Shown here: positions 48,359 through 57,229 of the stretch, one piece after another | Layout of the letters: each line of letters begins with the position of its first letter | How positions within the stretch are numbered: the first letter of the stretch is position 1 | From: an uncultured Pirellulales bacterium | GTDB taxonomy: Bacteria; Planctomycetota; Phycisphaerae; Sedimentisphaerales; Anaerobacaceae | Reading direction: 5' to 3' | Assembly: GCA_964476475.1 (NCBI GenBank) | Contig: CAYZAT010000001.1 | Coordinates: 1-58,264, forward strand | Length of the DNA: 58,264 nucleotides | Translations under genes and position numbers: made by a program | The notes under the pieces: generated by a model | Told to the model about the DNA's origin: nothing | What the model saw: the letters and a program-made list of their open reading frames with translations, nothing else | Database searches by the model: none

Positions 48359-51300
48359 ATGTCTTCAATCTTGGGCCTTCCGTTCTCTGCTTTCATTTCT
48401 GATCCATCATTTACAGTTTCTTGCGTTCCTGGCGCGGAGTATGTGTGGAGTACGTATTCGGCGGGAGGAATACAATGGCTTTTTCCGTTCGTTTTTGCTA
48501 CAATACGGATTTGGATGGTTTTGATGAAAGACACCCTAATCTCAAGAAATGTAAAATGTAAAGATCAAAAATCAAGATTGTGGAATCCGCCGAAGGCGGA
48601 TGACTTCCTTAATTTTGCACTTTGCATTTTGATTTTTACTTTTGTTGCGGTCCCGCCCAGCCTGGGCCTGGTGGTGACGGAGGTGATGTACCACCCGGCG
48701 GATGGCCAGGAAGAACTGGAATTCATTGAGCTGTATAACAACCGGGCCGTTTTTGAAGACCTGAGCGGCTACACCTTCACAAACGGTATCCAATTCACGT
48801 TCGAGCGAGGTACGATCCTCGAAGCCGGGAAGTATCTTGTCGTCACACGGAATCCGGTGGCCTTTGCAGCGGTCTATCCCGGTATTCCGTTCCGTTCGAT
48901 TGCCGGTCCTTTTTCCGGCCGACTCGCCAATGACGGCGAACGAATCGAGCTGTCGGACGACGCCGGGCAGATCATCATTTCGTTCCGATACGACGAGGAG
49001 AGTCCCTGGCCTGTCTCACCCGATGGGGCCGGGCACTCGCTGGTCCTTGCCAGGAGCGGCGGCGATCCGGAAGAAGCGTCCACCTGGGCGCCGAGTACCT
49101 CCATCGGCGGCACGCCGGGTGAGCCGGATGAGGTTCAGGCGTCGGGTACGGAAAATCCGAGTCTTGCGGTATTGGTCAGTTTGGGCCACCCGGGTCGGTA
49201 TTTCAAGGGACACTCGGAACCATCGCCGGATTCGGCCGGCCGGGCAACGACGGACTGGACGAAAATCGACTTTCAGGACAATCCCATTCGGACCGCATGG
49301 AGCGAAGGGCCCAGCGGGTATGGCTACAGTTCGGAAGCTGATGAACTGCAATACATCGGAACCCAGACGAACGACATGTCCGGCAATTATATGTCTATCT
49401 ACGCTCGTTTTCCGTTCACATTGTCCTACAGCCAGGTTGCATCCTTTTCTCAGTTGCAGGCGGAGGTTCACTATGATGATGGTTACGTGCTTTATCTGAA
49501 CGGGACGCGCGTGGCGGCCTCAGACGGCATGTCGGGCCATCCGCCGGCCTATAATCAAAGCGGAGGTTCGGCGACCGATCCTTCAGCGGACCTTGTGGAT
49601 CTAACGAACCGGCTGAATCTGCTGGTCCACGGAACGAATGTGCTGGCCATGCAGGTGCATAATGCCACTCTCTCCGGCAGTTCGGATTGCTTCGGCAGCC
49701 CGATTTTGCGGGCCATCGTCGGAAACATCGGGGGCGGTGATGATCCTCGCGCCCGCGTCGTCATCAACGAGTTGCTGACCAATAGCGATGTGGATTCGGG
49801 CTCTGGTTGGATCGAATTGTACAATCCGGGACCGGTCCCCGTGGACGTCGGCCACGTTTATCTAAGTGATGATCGGGCCGATTTATTGAAGTATAAGCTT
49901 CCGGACGGAGTGGTGTTGGAGACGGGTGAGTTCTGGACCGTTAGCGAGGGCACAGGGCCGGATGATTTCGATTTTGGACTCGCCTCGACCGGCGAGACGG
50001 TATATGTCACAGCGGCGACCAATGATCCGGTACCGGTTCGCGTGCTGGATGCGGTGCGTTTCGGGGCGATGGAGCCGGACGTGACCTTTGGACGGTTCCC
50101 GGACGGATCGAAGACGTTGAGTGTTCTCAGTGAAGCGACGTTCGCCGGGCCCAACACCCAGCCGTGGATCGGGGACATCGTCATCAACGAGATCATGTAC
50201 CACCATGCCCTGCGGGACGAGCGCTACGAGTATGTTGAATTGTACAATCGAGGGAGCAGTACAGTTTCGTTGGACGGCTGGGCCTTCACCGACGGCATCG
50301 ATTACACCTTTGCCTCCGGTACGCAAATAGGACCGGAGGCGTATCTCGTCGTGGCCAAGGATCCGGTTTTCCTTTCGGGTATATATTCGAGCGTAGCTAT
50401 TGGCTCAAATCTCGTCGGTCCTTACACCGGGGGGCTAAGCGATCACAGCGAACGGATCCGTCTGTCGTATCCGCTCGAACATGTTGATCCGGATACGGGT
50501 GATGTCGAGGTTTCGATGGTGACGGCCGACGAGGTGACCTATTATGACGGCGGTCGATGGCCGAGCTGGGCCGACGGGCAGGGGGCCAGCCTGGAACTGC
50601 GCGATCCGCGAAGCGATAACGATACGCCCGATGCCTGGGCCGACAGTGACGAAAGCGCCAAGAGCACGTGGCAGCCGTTCACATTCACGATCGAAGCCAC
50701 CGATTCGAGATATACACACGATCAGGTAACGATTTTCGACGTTTTACTGCTCAATCGCGGGGAGGTTCTCCTCGATGATTTGTCGGTGACTATGGGGCGC
50801 GGCAATATTTTGAGCAACAGCGGATTCGAGAGCGCCGAAGCCAACTGGCGCCGCCTTGGCAATCACGTTCGGTCGTTTGCGACGACCGCCGATAGCCGAT
50901 CCGGATGGAGATCGTTGCACCTGATTTCAACGGGTCATGGCGATCCCGGAGCCAACCGCGTCAACCAGTCGATTCCCGGCGGAACGGCGGACCGGGTGAC
51001 TTTTAGCGGCTGGGCCAAATGGTTAAAAGGCAGTCGTTTCCTGTTGCTTCGGCTGTCGCGTGAGCTCTCCCCCATCCAACCGCCGCGACCGGCTCATGCG
51101 TTCGAGCTCGATATGCCGTTGAACCTGGGAACGCCCGGCCAACAAAATACGGCGTTTGTATCCAATCGCGGACCCGATATCCTCGACGTACAACACGCGC
51201 CTGCGCTACCGTCGTCCGGCGAGGCGATTGCCGTGACGGCCCGTATGAAAGATAATGACGGCGTCATGTCCGTTCTGCTCCACTATCGCTCCGAGGGCGA

Positions 51301-52690
51301 TAGCCGATTTAACAGCACGTTGATGACCGACAACGGCTCCGGTAACGATGAGGTTGCCGGGGACGGCATCTATACCGCTGCGATCCCCGGCGCCTCCGGC
51401 GGCACCATGCGGGCCTTCTATATCGAAGCCACCGACGGCGCGGCCATAACGCGATTCCCGACTCTACTGCAATCTACGGCCGAAGTGCCCGAGAGGACCT
51501 GCCTCGTCCGCGTGGGGGACACACAACTGGCGACCCCGTTTGCGACCTATCGCATCTGGTTGTCCGATGATGTGGTCAGTACGTTCCGTTCGCGGCCCAA
51601 TCTCTCGAACGAACTGCTGGACTGCACGTTTGTTTACAACGATACCGATGTCTTCTATAACGCCCGTCTCCGGTTCCGCGGCAGCCCGTTTATCCGGAGC
51701 GGAGCGAACCAGAATCCGCTCGGTCGAGAGGCTTATCGGATTACGTTCAATCCCGATCAAAAATTCGGGGACCGTGAGGAGATTAATATCGACACCGGCG
51801 AGGGGAGCAACCGCGGAATCCTCCAGGAACGCGCCTCTTATTGGTTCTATCAGCAAATGGGTCTGCAATACTCAAGACAGGAATTTGTGCGCCCAATCAT
51901 CAACGGCAATAGCCATTCCGCTTTCGAGGATGTTCGGAAAATCGACGGCGACTATATCGATCAATGGTTTCCGTTCGATAATGAAGGTTACATCCACAAA
52001 ATCGATGATTATTTTGAATACTCGGCGAATGGCACACAGCACAGGAACCTCGACGAAGGATTGAAGTACGATTCCAGACACCCCTTACTTAAAGAGACCT
52101 ACCGCTGGGGCTTCGAAAAGCGGTCGCATCGAGAGAACGATGATTGGCAACATCTGTTCGATTTGGCGGTTGCACTGAATACGTCGTCAAGCAGTACGAG
52201 ATACGAGCAGACCATCGAAGAGGTCATTCACCCCGAACATTTCGCCCGTGTTTTGGCGATTCGTCACGCCGTCGGCGACTGGGACAGCTATGGATACACG
52301 CGCGGCAAGAACAATTATTTCTATTATGCCCTCCCGGAGCGCAAGTGGTACCTTCTGCCCTGGGATATCGACTTCACGCTGGGATCGGGTAATGGGGCCA
52401 ACACGAACCTGTTCTCCGTCACGTCCAGCGAATTCCCGGAGGTCAAACAATTTCTGGATTATCCCAAATACAGGCAGATGTATCTGGATGCATTCAAAGA
52501 ATTGGTGAATGGCCCCTGGCAAACGTCGTATGGCACGTCCGATCCGCCGACGGCCTTCGATCAGTTCCTGGATGACGCGGCCGAGGCTTTAATTGCCGAT
52601 GGAGCCGGCAACGGCCGGAGAGATGGCATCAAACAATTCGTTCGTAACCGGCGAGCCTATATCCTGACACAAATCCCGGCCGGTCGCTAA
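48359..52690 (+). CDS. Giant protein with three lamin-tail domains, CBM-like modules and a C-terminal CotH kinase-like domain; true start uncertain (48359, 48515, 48524 or later)
   Basis: The LTDs are VVTEVMYHPADGQEELEFIELYNN, VVINELLTNSDVDSGSGWIELYNPG and IVINEIMYHHALRDERYEYVELYNRG. The CotH-like region reads YWFYQQMGL...VRKIDGDYIDQWFP...GYIHKIDDYFEY...WDSYGYTRGKNNYFYY...WYLLPWDIDFTLG. Residues ~63-93 of the track ORF are encoded by repeat family 1, copy 3. Confidence 0.85.
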   Translation: MSSILGLPFSAFISDPSFTVSCVPGAEYVWSTYSAGGIQWLFPFVFATIRIWMVLMKDTLISRNVKCKDQKSRLWNPPKADDFLNFALCILIFTFVAVPPSLGLVVTEVMYHPADGQEELEFIELYNNRAVFEDLSGYTFTNGIQFTFERGTILEAGKYLVVTRNPVAFAAVYPGIPFRSIAGPFSGRLANDGERIELSDDAGQIIISFRYDEESPWPVSPDGAGHSLVLARSGGDPEEASTWAPSTSIGGTPGEPDEVQASGTENPSLAVLVSLGHPGRYFKGHSEPSPDSAGRATTDWTKIDFQDNPIRTAWSEGPSGYGYSSEADELQYIGTQTNDMSGNYMSIYARFPFTLSYSQVASFSQLQAEVHYDDGYVLYLNGTRVAASDGMSGHPPAYNQSGGSATDPSADLVDLTNRLNLLVHGTNVLAMQVHNATLSGSSDCFGSPILRAIVGNIGGGDDPRARVVINELLTNSDVDSGSGWIELYNPGPVPVDVGHVYLSDDRADLLKYKLPDGVVLETGEFWTVSEGTGPDDFDFGLASTGETVYVTAATNDPVPVRVLDAVRFGAMEPDVTFGRFPDGSKTLSVLSEATFAGPNTQPWIGDIVINEIMYHHALRDERYEYVELYNRGSSTVSLDGWAFTDGIDYTFASGTQIGPEAYLVVAKDPVFLSGIYSSVAIGSNLVGPYTGGLSDHSERIRLSYPLEHVDPDTGDVEVSMVTADEVTYYDGGRWPSWADGQGASLELRDPRSDNDTPDAWADSDESAKSTWQPFTFTIEATDSRYTHDQVTIFDVLLLNRGEVLLDDLSVTMGRGNILSNSGFESAEANWRRLGNHVRSFATTADSRSGWRSLHLISTGHGDPGANRVNQSIPGGTADRVTFSGWAKWLKGSRFLLLRLSRELSPIQPPRPAHAFELDMPLNLGTPGQQNTAFVSNRGPDILDVQHAPALPSSGEAIAVTARMKDNDGVMSVLLHYRSEGDSRFNSTLMTDNGSGNDEVAGDGIYTAAIPGASGGTMRAFYIEATDGAAITRFPTLLQSTAEVPERTCLVRVGDTQLATPFATYRIWLSDDVVSTFRSRPNLSNELLDCTFVYNDTDVFYNARLRFRGSPFIRSGANQNPLGREAYRITFNPDQKFGDREEINIDTGEGSNRGILQERASYWFYQQMGLQYSRQEFVRPIINGNSHSAFEDVRKIDGDYIDQWFPFDNEGYIHKIDDYFEYSANGTQHRNLDEGLKYDSRHPLLKETYRWGFEKRSHRENDDWQHLFDLAVALNTSSSSTRYEQTIEEVIHPEHFARVLAIRHAVGDWDSYGYTRGKNNYFYYALPERKWYLLPWDIDFTLGSGNGANTNLFSVTSSEFPEVKQFLDYPKYRQMYLDAFKELVNGPWQTSYGTSDPPTAFDQFLDDAAEALIADGAGNGRRDGIKQFVRNRRAYILTQIPAGR
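48547..48636. repeat. AT-rich ~95-bp imperfect palindromic element (family 1), copy 3, inside the 5' end of the LTD-CotH ORF
   Basis: The sequence is aaatgtaaaatgtaaagatcaaaaatcaagattgtggaa tccgcc gaa ggcgga tgacttccttaattttgcactttgcattttgattttt, with a central stem at 48586-48591/48595-48600. Confidence 0.75.
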
Positions 52691-52709
52691 TACACCGTCT
52701 GATGGGAAT

Positions 52710-54803
52710 TTACAGAGAATCTTGAAGGTTTTGAGCGCGTTGCTCCAATTGCTGTATGTGCTCGGTGCTGATCATCTTGCGGTAACGCAGCAACACGTAT
52801 TCGCGATACCACTCCGATATCCTCGTCCAGACTCCGTCGCCCTGATCGCGTTCCCGAAGCCGGTGTGAAAATGCGTGGAGCGTTTCGCTCGGCTCGCGAA
52901 GCGGTCCGGCGGCTTCAACCTTGCGATCCATCCTGTGAAGCATTTTATGCAGTGGGACGAGCACCGGATTGATGGGTTTGGATTGGGAGACGTGAGCCGA
53001 TTTTCTTCGGCGGTAAAATCGCGACAGAGCCCACGCCAAAATCCCTGTAAACAAGCCCGTTAGGAGCGATGTTCCGGCAAGAACGCCGTAGGATTCAAAC
53101 AACCAGCTCGGTAAGCCGAGAAGACCATACTCAAATATGGCTTTGAGAAGCTGGCGAAGCATCGCCCCGGCGCCGCTGCCGATGTGCTCGATTTGTTCTT
53201 CGAGGCTCGCGGCGGTAGAATCTTCTCCGACGGTTGCCTCGACGATACACCACTGATTGCGTTGTCGGTCCCAGGCTTCGACCCAGGCGTGGGCGTCCAT
53301 GTTGCGAGCCACCCACAGGTCCCGTTCGCCATCGCGCTCCGTGACCAAAAAGCCGGTGATGTATCGCGTCGGCACACCCGCCAGACGCAATAGAATCGCG
53401 GCGCCCGAAGCAAAATACTCGCAATAGCCGCTGGAGGCATCGAGCAGAAAGTAGCTCACTTTATCCTCACAATCCGGCGGAATGTCTGTACCGAGCGAAT
53501 AGGTGTAGTGTGTACGAAAATGCTTGACAACGGCATCGATTTTTTCTTCCGTGGTGGTGCATCCGGCAAATATCCGCTCTGCTAATTGGGAGACGCGTCG
53601 GTCGAGCCTCATCGGGACATCGAGCATGCGCCGCATGCTGGACGGGGGTTTTCGATGGACGTGGTCTCTGAAAGTAATTTTGTAATTCAAACCGACACGT
53701 ATTCTTCGCGCATCCAGGATCTCATTGTTATCCCGAAGCAGAAAACGGAGAGACGCTTGAATATGGGTCGTTCCCAAAGGGGTAAATAGAGCGTCGGCGA
53801 AACGGGATACGTGCTGGACGGTCATGCTCTTGCAAAGGGCCGGATTGAAATCGCTCAGACGAAAAGTATTTCTCTGGCCCGACAAATACATGCCGAACGG
53901 CCTGTTCTCGGGTAACACTTCCTGTTTCGTCGCCAAATCACTCCACTCGGAATTACGATAGCTCTCGAAGGCACGGGCGCGCAGGTAGCCCGGGCAATCA
54001 TCGGACTGGATGTTCAATACGGGTGATGCGTCGAGATCACCTTTGATCATGAGGATGCTGGAGAGTTTGCCGCTCGTGGAGAAGCCCATCTGCGCGGCGG
54101 CTTCCGTTGAACCGCTTGTATCCGCTTTCGTTCCCCAGAACCAGAGCGGTATATAGTTAACGACTTCCACGCGACTATAGAGAAGCGTACCGGTGATCCA
54201 GCCGGTATTGGCGGCGACGAGAAGAATCAGGCCGAAAACCAATCCGCGGGAGGCGAGTTCGCTCCGCCAGAGTTTGGAAGCGCCGGTGACCACACGCGTG
54301 GGAATGAGTGTTTGGTTGGATTCACGCGCCGAGACCGCGTACAGTACCAGCAGGATGACGGATAGGAGTTCTGAAAACCGAAACGCAAGATACAAGTCAT
54401 CCAACAGGAGGACTTGCCCGGCGGAGATGGTCACGGCGATGTGATACAAGCCCAACGAAGCCGGAAGCCGTTGCGGTGATCCGAGGAACAGGATGAGGAT
54501 CATAGAGGCGAGGAAATACCGGGCGATGGTTTGCCAGGCGACGGCGGGGGCTTGATCGAAGGCGAAACGCCCGGAGACGCTGGCATAGCGGAATTGCAGG
54601 GCGAACATGCCGGCGAGAAAAAGTAGCAGGATGGATTTAATGACACGTCTGTCGGGTCGGATATTCCATGTAAAACGCCGCCGCAAGCCCAGCATACCTA
54701 ACATACACAAAATGGCGGGATAGGCAATATCCCTTGAAGCCAGAGCGGTAAGCACCGAGCTTGTCAGAATCATCGTGATAGCGATGGCCTTTTGCGTTTT
54801 CAT
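52710..54803 (-). CDS. Transglutaminase-like membrane protein (TgpA-like: N-terminal TM bundle, transglutaminase core, C-terminal TM plus helical tail)
   Basis: The catalytic-core pattern is SGYCEYFASGAAILLRLAGVPTRYITGF ... NMDAHAWVEAW. Multiple N-terminal TM segments are present. The ATG overlaps the upstream stop (ATGA). Confidence 0.85.
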   Translation of the reverse strand: MKTQKAIAITMILTSSVLTALASRDIAYPAILCMLGMLGLRRRFTWNIRPDRRVIKSILLLFLAGMFALQFRYASVSGRFAFDQAPAVAWQTIARYFLASMILILFLGSPQRLPASLGLYHIAVTISAGQVLLLDDLYLAFRFSELLSVILLVLYAVSARESNQTLIPTRVVTGASKLWRSELASRGLVFGLILLVAANTGWITGTLLYSRVEVVNYIPLWFWGTKADTSGSTEAAAQMGFSTSGKLSSILMIKGDLDASPVLNIQSDDCPGYLRARAFESYRNSEWSDLATKQEVLPENRPFGMYLSGQRNTFRLSDFNPALCKSMTVQHVSRFADALFTPLGTTHIQASLRFLLRDNNEILDARRIRVGLNYKITFRDHVHRKPPSSMRRMLDVPMRLDRRVSQLAERIFAGCTTTEEKIDAVVKHFRTHYTYSLGTDIPPDCEDKVSYFLLDASSGYCEYFASGAAILLRLAGVPTRYITGFLVTERDGERDLWVARNMDAHAWVEAWDRQRNQWCIVEATVGEDSTAASLEEQIEHIGSGAGAMLRQLLKAIFEYGLLGLPSWLFESYGVLAGTSLLTGLFTGILAWALSRFYRRRKSAHVSQSKPINPVLVPLHKMLHRMDRKVEAAGPLREPSETLHAFSHRLRERDQGDGVWTRISEWYREYVLLRYRKMISTEHIQQLEQRAQNLQDSL

Positions 54804-56071
54804 AGGTATTCGATACGCCCGGATAGAATCTCGTCGGCAGAAACGAAACGAATCTCTTCATCCCAGTCTTCGTGGGTCGCGGGCATCTGGCCCGCGGTTC
54901 GGGGGCGTGAGGCCCTCAAATCAGTTATCCCGTGAGGTTCTCCGATCATCAGAACCGTCGTATGACAACCGGCCTGGTGAGCCAGTTCGATCATTTGCCG
55001 GTAGGTCGGATTCCAATTCAACAAGATAAAGACGACCTCGGATATCTCACGAAACCGATTCGCCCACATCTTTTCATTTAGCTCCGTCGGCTCGCTTTGA
55101 GCCGGTTCCACACCGGCAAGCATTTCGTGTATCCTGTTCAATCGTATGGTTCTCGGGCAGTCCGTAAACCGGTGGAGGTCGGAACCGATGAGCAGCAGAT
55201 CGATCAGGCGGTCCGTATTCATACTAAAAGCAATGGAAGCACAAAGGGAAACGGCGGCTTCGAGTTCCTTATTCTCCGTTGATTGTTGTTGCTGATGAGT
55301 ATCAGGGACAAGATTATCCACGACCAATGCGGCAGAATAATCGAAATCGTCGTGGTATTCCCTTGTTGCCGGCATGCTCAAACGGGCCCAGGCCCGAACG
55401 TCGATCTGGCGGGGCGAATCCCCCGGCAGAAAAGGGCGGTTCCCCGCATATTCGTTCGAGTGCCCCAAACGCCCGACGGGACGTGAACTGCCGGTTTGGA
55501 CCTGTCGGTAGATACCGCGGGTGGGTACTCGAATCGCATGGAAGGCCGGGAGAACGACAAGATTGTCCTCGATAGAATGGAAGGTTCCGAAACGAAACAG
55601 ATTGAAGGGGAAGCTGGATTGGCACGTCGGCTGCTTGATGTGGTAATAGCCCCGTCGCGTGGGTTTGATCGAAAGGGTGACCTCGATGGTTTCGCCGGGT
55701 CCCAGACGTGAGATGATTTGTTCATCACCGGTCTGCTCAATCCCTTCGGGTAAAGTTTTAAACGCTATCCATAGATGATAAGCGCCGAAGCGTCCGACGT
55801 TCTTGACCGTATAGCGCAATACCGTGCTCTGGCCGGCCATGATCCGGTCCGGCAGTGTGCCGTTGAGCTTGATTTTCGGTCGCAGAATAAATCCAGCCAC
55901 TAAGCCGAACAGGACAACCCAAACCAGGATAGAGAGAATCCCAAAGGCCGGAAAGGCTAACGCCGTGAGGGCGACAAACACAATGCCGTTGAGCGCCACC
56001 TTGCCGGCGTCCGTTAGACCGAAACTCAATATACCTTCTGAATTGTTTATCGTTTGTTCTCGCCTTCTCAT
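54800..56071 (-). CDS. DUF58 (VWA-like) protein, carrying an in-frame repeat insertion near the C-terminus
   Basis: Its position between MoxR and the transglutaminase is canonical. It has two N-terminal TM segments, then YAGNRPFLPGDSPRQIDVRAWAR (DUF58 hallmark). I chose the start at ATG 56071, which overlaps the MoxR stop as ATGA; the track start at 56188 lies inside moxR. Confidence 0.8.
   Translation of the reverse strand: MRRREQTINNSEGILSFGLTDAGKVALNGIVFVALTALAFPAFGILSILVWVVLFGLVAGFILRPKIKLNGTLPDRIMAGQSTVLRYTVKNVGRFGAYHLWIAFKTLPEGIEQTGDEQIISRLGPGETIEVTLSIKPTRRGYYHIKQPTCQSSFPFNLFRFGTFHSIEDNLVVLPAFHAIRVPTRGIYRQVQTGSSRPVGRLGHSNEYAGNRPFLPGDSPRQIDVRAWARLSMPATREYHDDFDYSAALVVDNLVPDTHQQQQSTENKELEAAVSLCASIAFSMNTDRLIDLLLIGSDLHRFTDCPRTIRLNRIHEMLAGVEPAQSEPTELNEKMWANRFREISEVVFILLNWNPTYRQMIELAHQAGCHTTVLMIGEPHGITDLRASRPRTAGQMPATHEDWDEEIRFVSADEILSGRIEYL
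54876..54915. repeat. GC-rich hairpin element (family 2), in-frame copy inside the DUF58 gene
   Basis: The sequence is gtcgcgggcatctggcccgcggttcgggggcgtgaggccc, with the hairpin cgcgggc-atctg-gcccgcg. It matches the 14391-14428 core at 33/38 positions. It is translated on the minus strand as RASRPRTAGQMPATHE. Confidence 0.7.
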
Positions 56072-57012
56072 ACCGGGACTTTGATATGTGCCACGACGTC
56101 TTCTAAGATTTGGCTGGCGGTTGTACCGCTGTGACGCGCTTTGCTGGTTAAGAGGATCCGATGCGGTAACACATAAGGAATGAGCCACAGCACGTCATCC
56201 GGAATAACAAAATCACGCTTCTGGAAATAGGCCCTGGCCCTGGCGGCCCGCGACATCATCAGTGTGCCGCGTGTGCTCAAACCCAGTCGGAGACGATTAT
56301 CGCGGCGGGTGGCGTGAACGATTTCGACGATATATTCCAGAATACTATCGTCCACATGAACGCCGGCCGCCTCTTGCTGGATGTGTTGAACCTGTTCGAG
56401 TGTAAGGACGGGTCTGATACGATCGAGCGGTTCGTTTAAGGCGTGGGATTTGAGAATGTCCACTTCGACCTCAGCCGCCGGATAACCCAGAGAGAGTCGG
56501 ACCAGAAAGCGGTCCATTTGGGCCTCCGGCAGGGGGTAGGTACCGTGGAATTCGATGGGATTCTCGGTAGCCACCACCATAAAAGGTCTCGGGAGCGGAT
56601 AACGCTTGCCTTCAATCGTCGCCTGGTTTTCGTTCATGGCTTCCAGCAGGGCCGATTGGGTCCGGGGGGAGGCGCGGTTGATTTCATCAGCCAGGAGGAT
56701 ATTGCAAAAGATCGGGCCGGGGTCGAATCGGAAATCCCCGGTGACGGGATTATAGATTGAGGAACCTAAAATATCGGCGGGCAGCAGATCGGGTGTGAAT
56801 TGCACGCGGCGAAACTTAGCTTCAATGCTTTTGGCCAATGCTTTGGCGAGAGTCGTTTTTCCCACGCCCGGCACATCTTCGATTAGAACTGAACCTCCGG
56901 CCATGAGCGAGATGATCAAAACGTCGATACATTCGCTTTTTCCATAAATGACATCCTGTAAATTATCCTTCAGCCGCTCCAGTAATGAGTTGTTTGTTTG
57001 AGTTGTTTTCAA
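56068..57012 (-). CDS. MoxR-like AAA+ ATPase (AAA_3)
   Basis: Walker A is EDVPGVGKTTLAKALA and Walker B is ILLADEINRASPRTQSALLEAM. The 314-aa length is typical of MoxR. Confidence 0.92.
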   Translation of the reverse strand: MKTTQTNNSLLERLKDNLQDVIYGKSECIDVLIISLMAGGSVLIEDVPGVGKTTLAKALAKSIEAKFRRVQFTPDLLPADILGSSIYNPVTGDFRFDPGPIFCNILLADEINRASPRTQSALLEAMNENQATIEGKRYPLPRPFMVVATENPIEFHGTYPLPEAQMDRFLVRLSLGYPAAEVEVDILKSHALNEPLDRIRPVLTLEQVQHIQQEAAGVHVDDSILEYIVEIVHATRRDNRLRLGLSTRGTLMMSRAARARAYFQKRDFVIPDDVLWLIPYVLPHRILLTSKARHSGTTASQILEDVVAHIKVPV

Positions 57013-57229
57013 TTGTTATCTCCCGTGTTACAATCCAAAAGCTCACAAAATAGAGCGGTATTATAAAACAATACGTTTCGATTGTGAATCAGGTTCTTGA
57101 TGATCGCCATCGGCGATGCGAAAAATGTATATTTCTCCTGCCCTTCATGACAAAAAGGTGTGATTCCGGCAGGATATGAATTATGGGTACTATTCGCATC
57201 AGTTCTAACGTCTTTCTGTCGGAGGTTTT

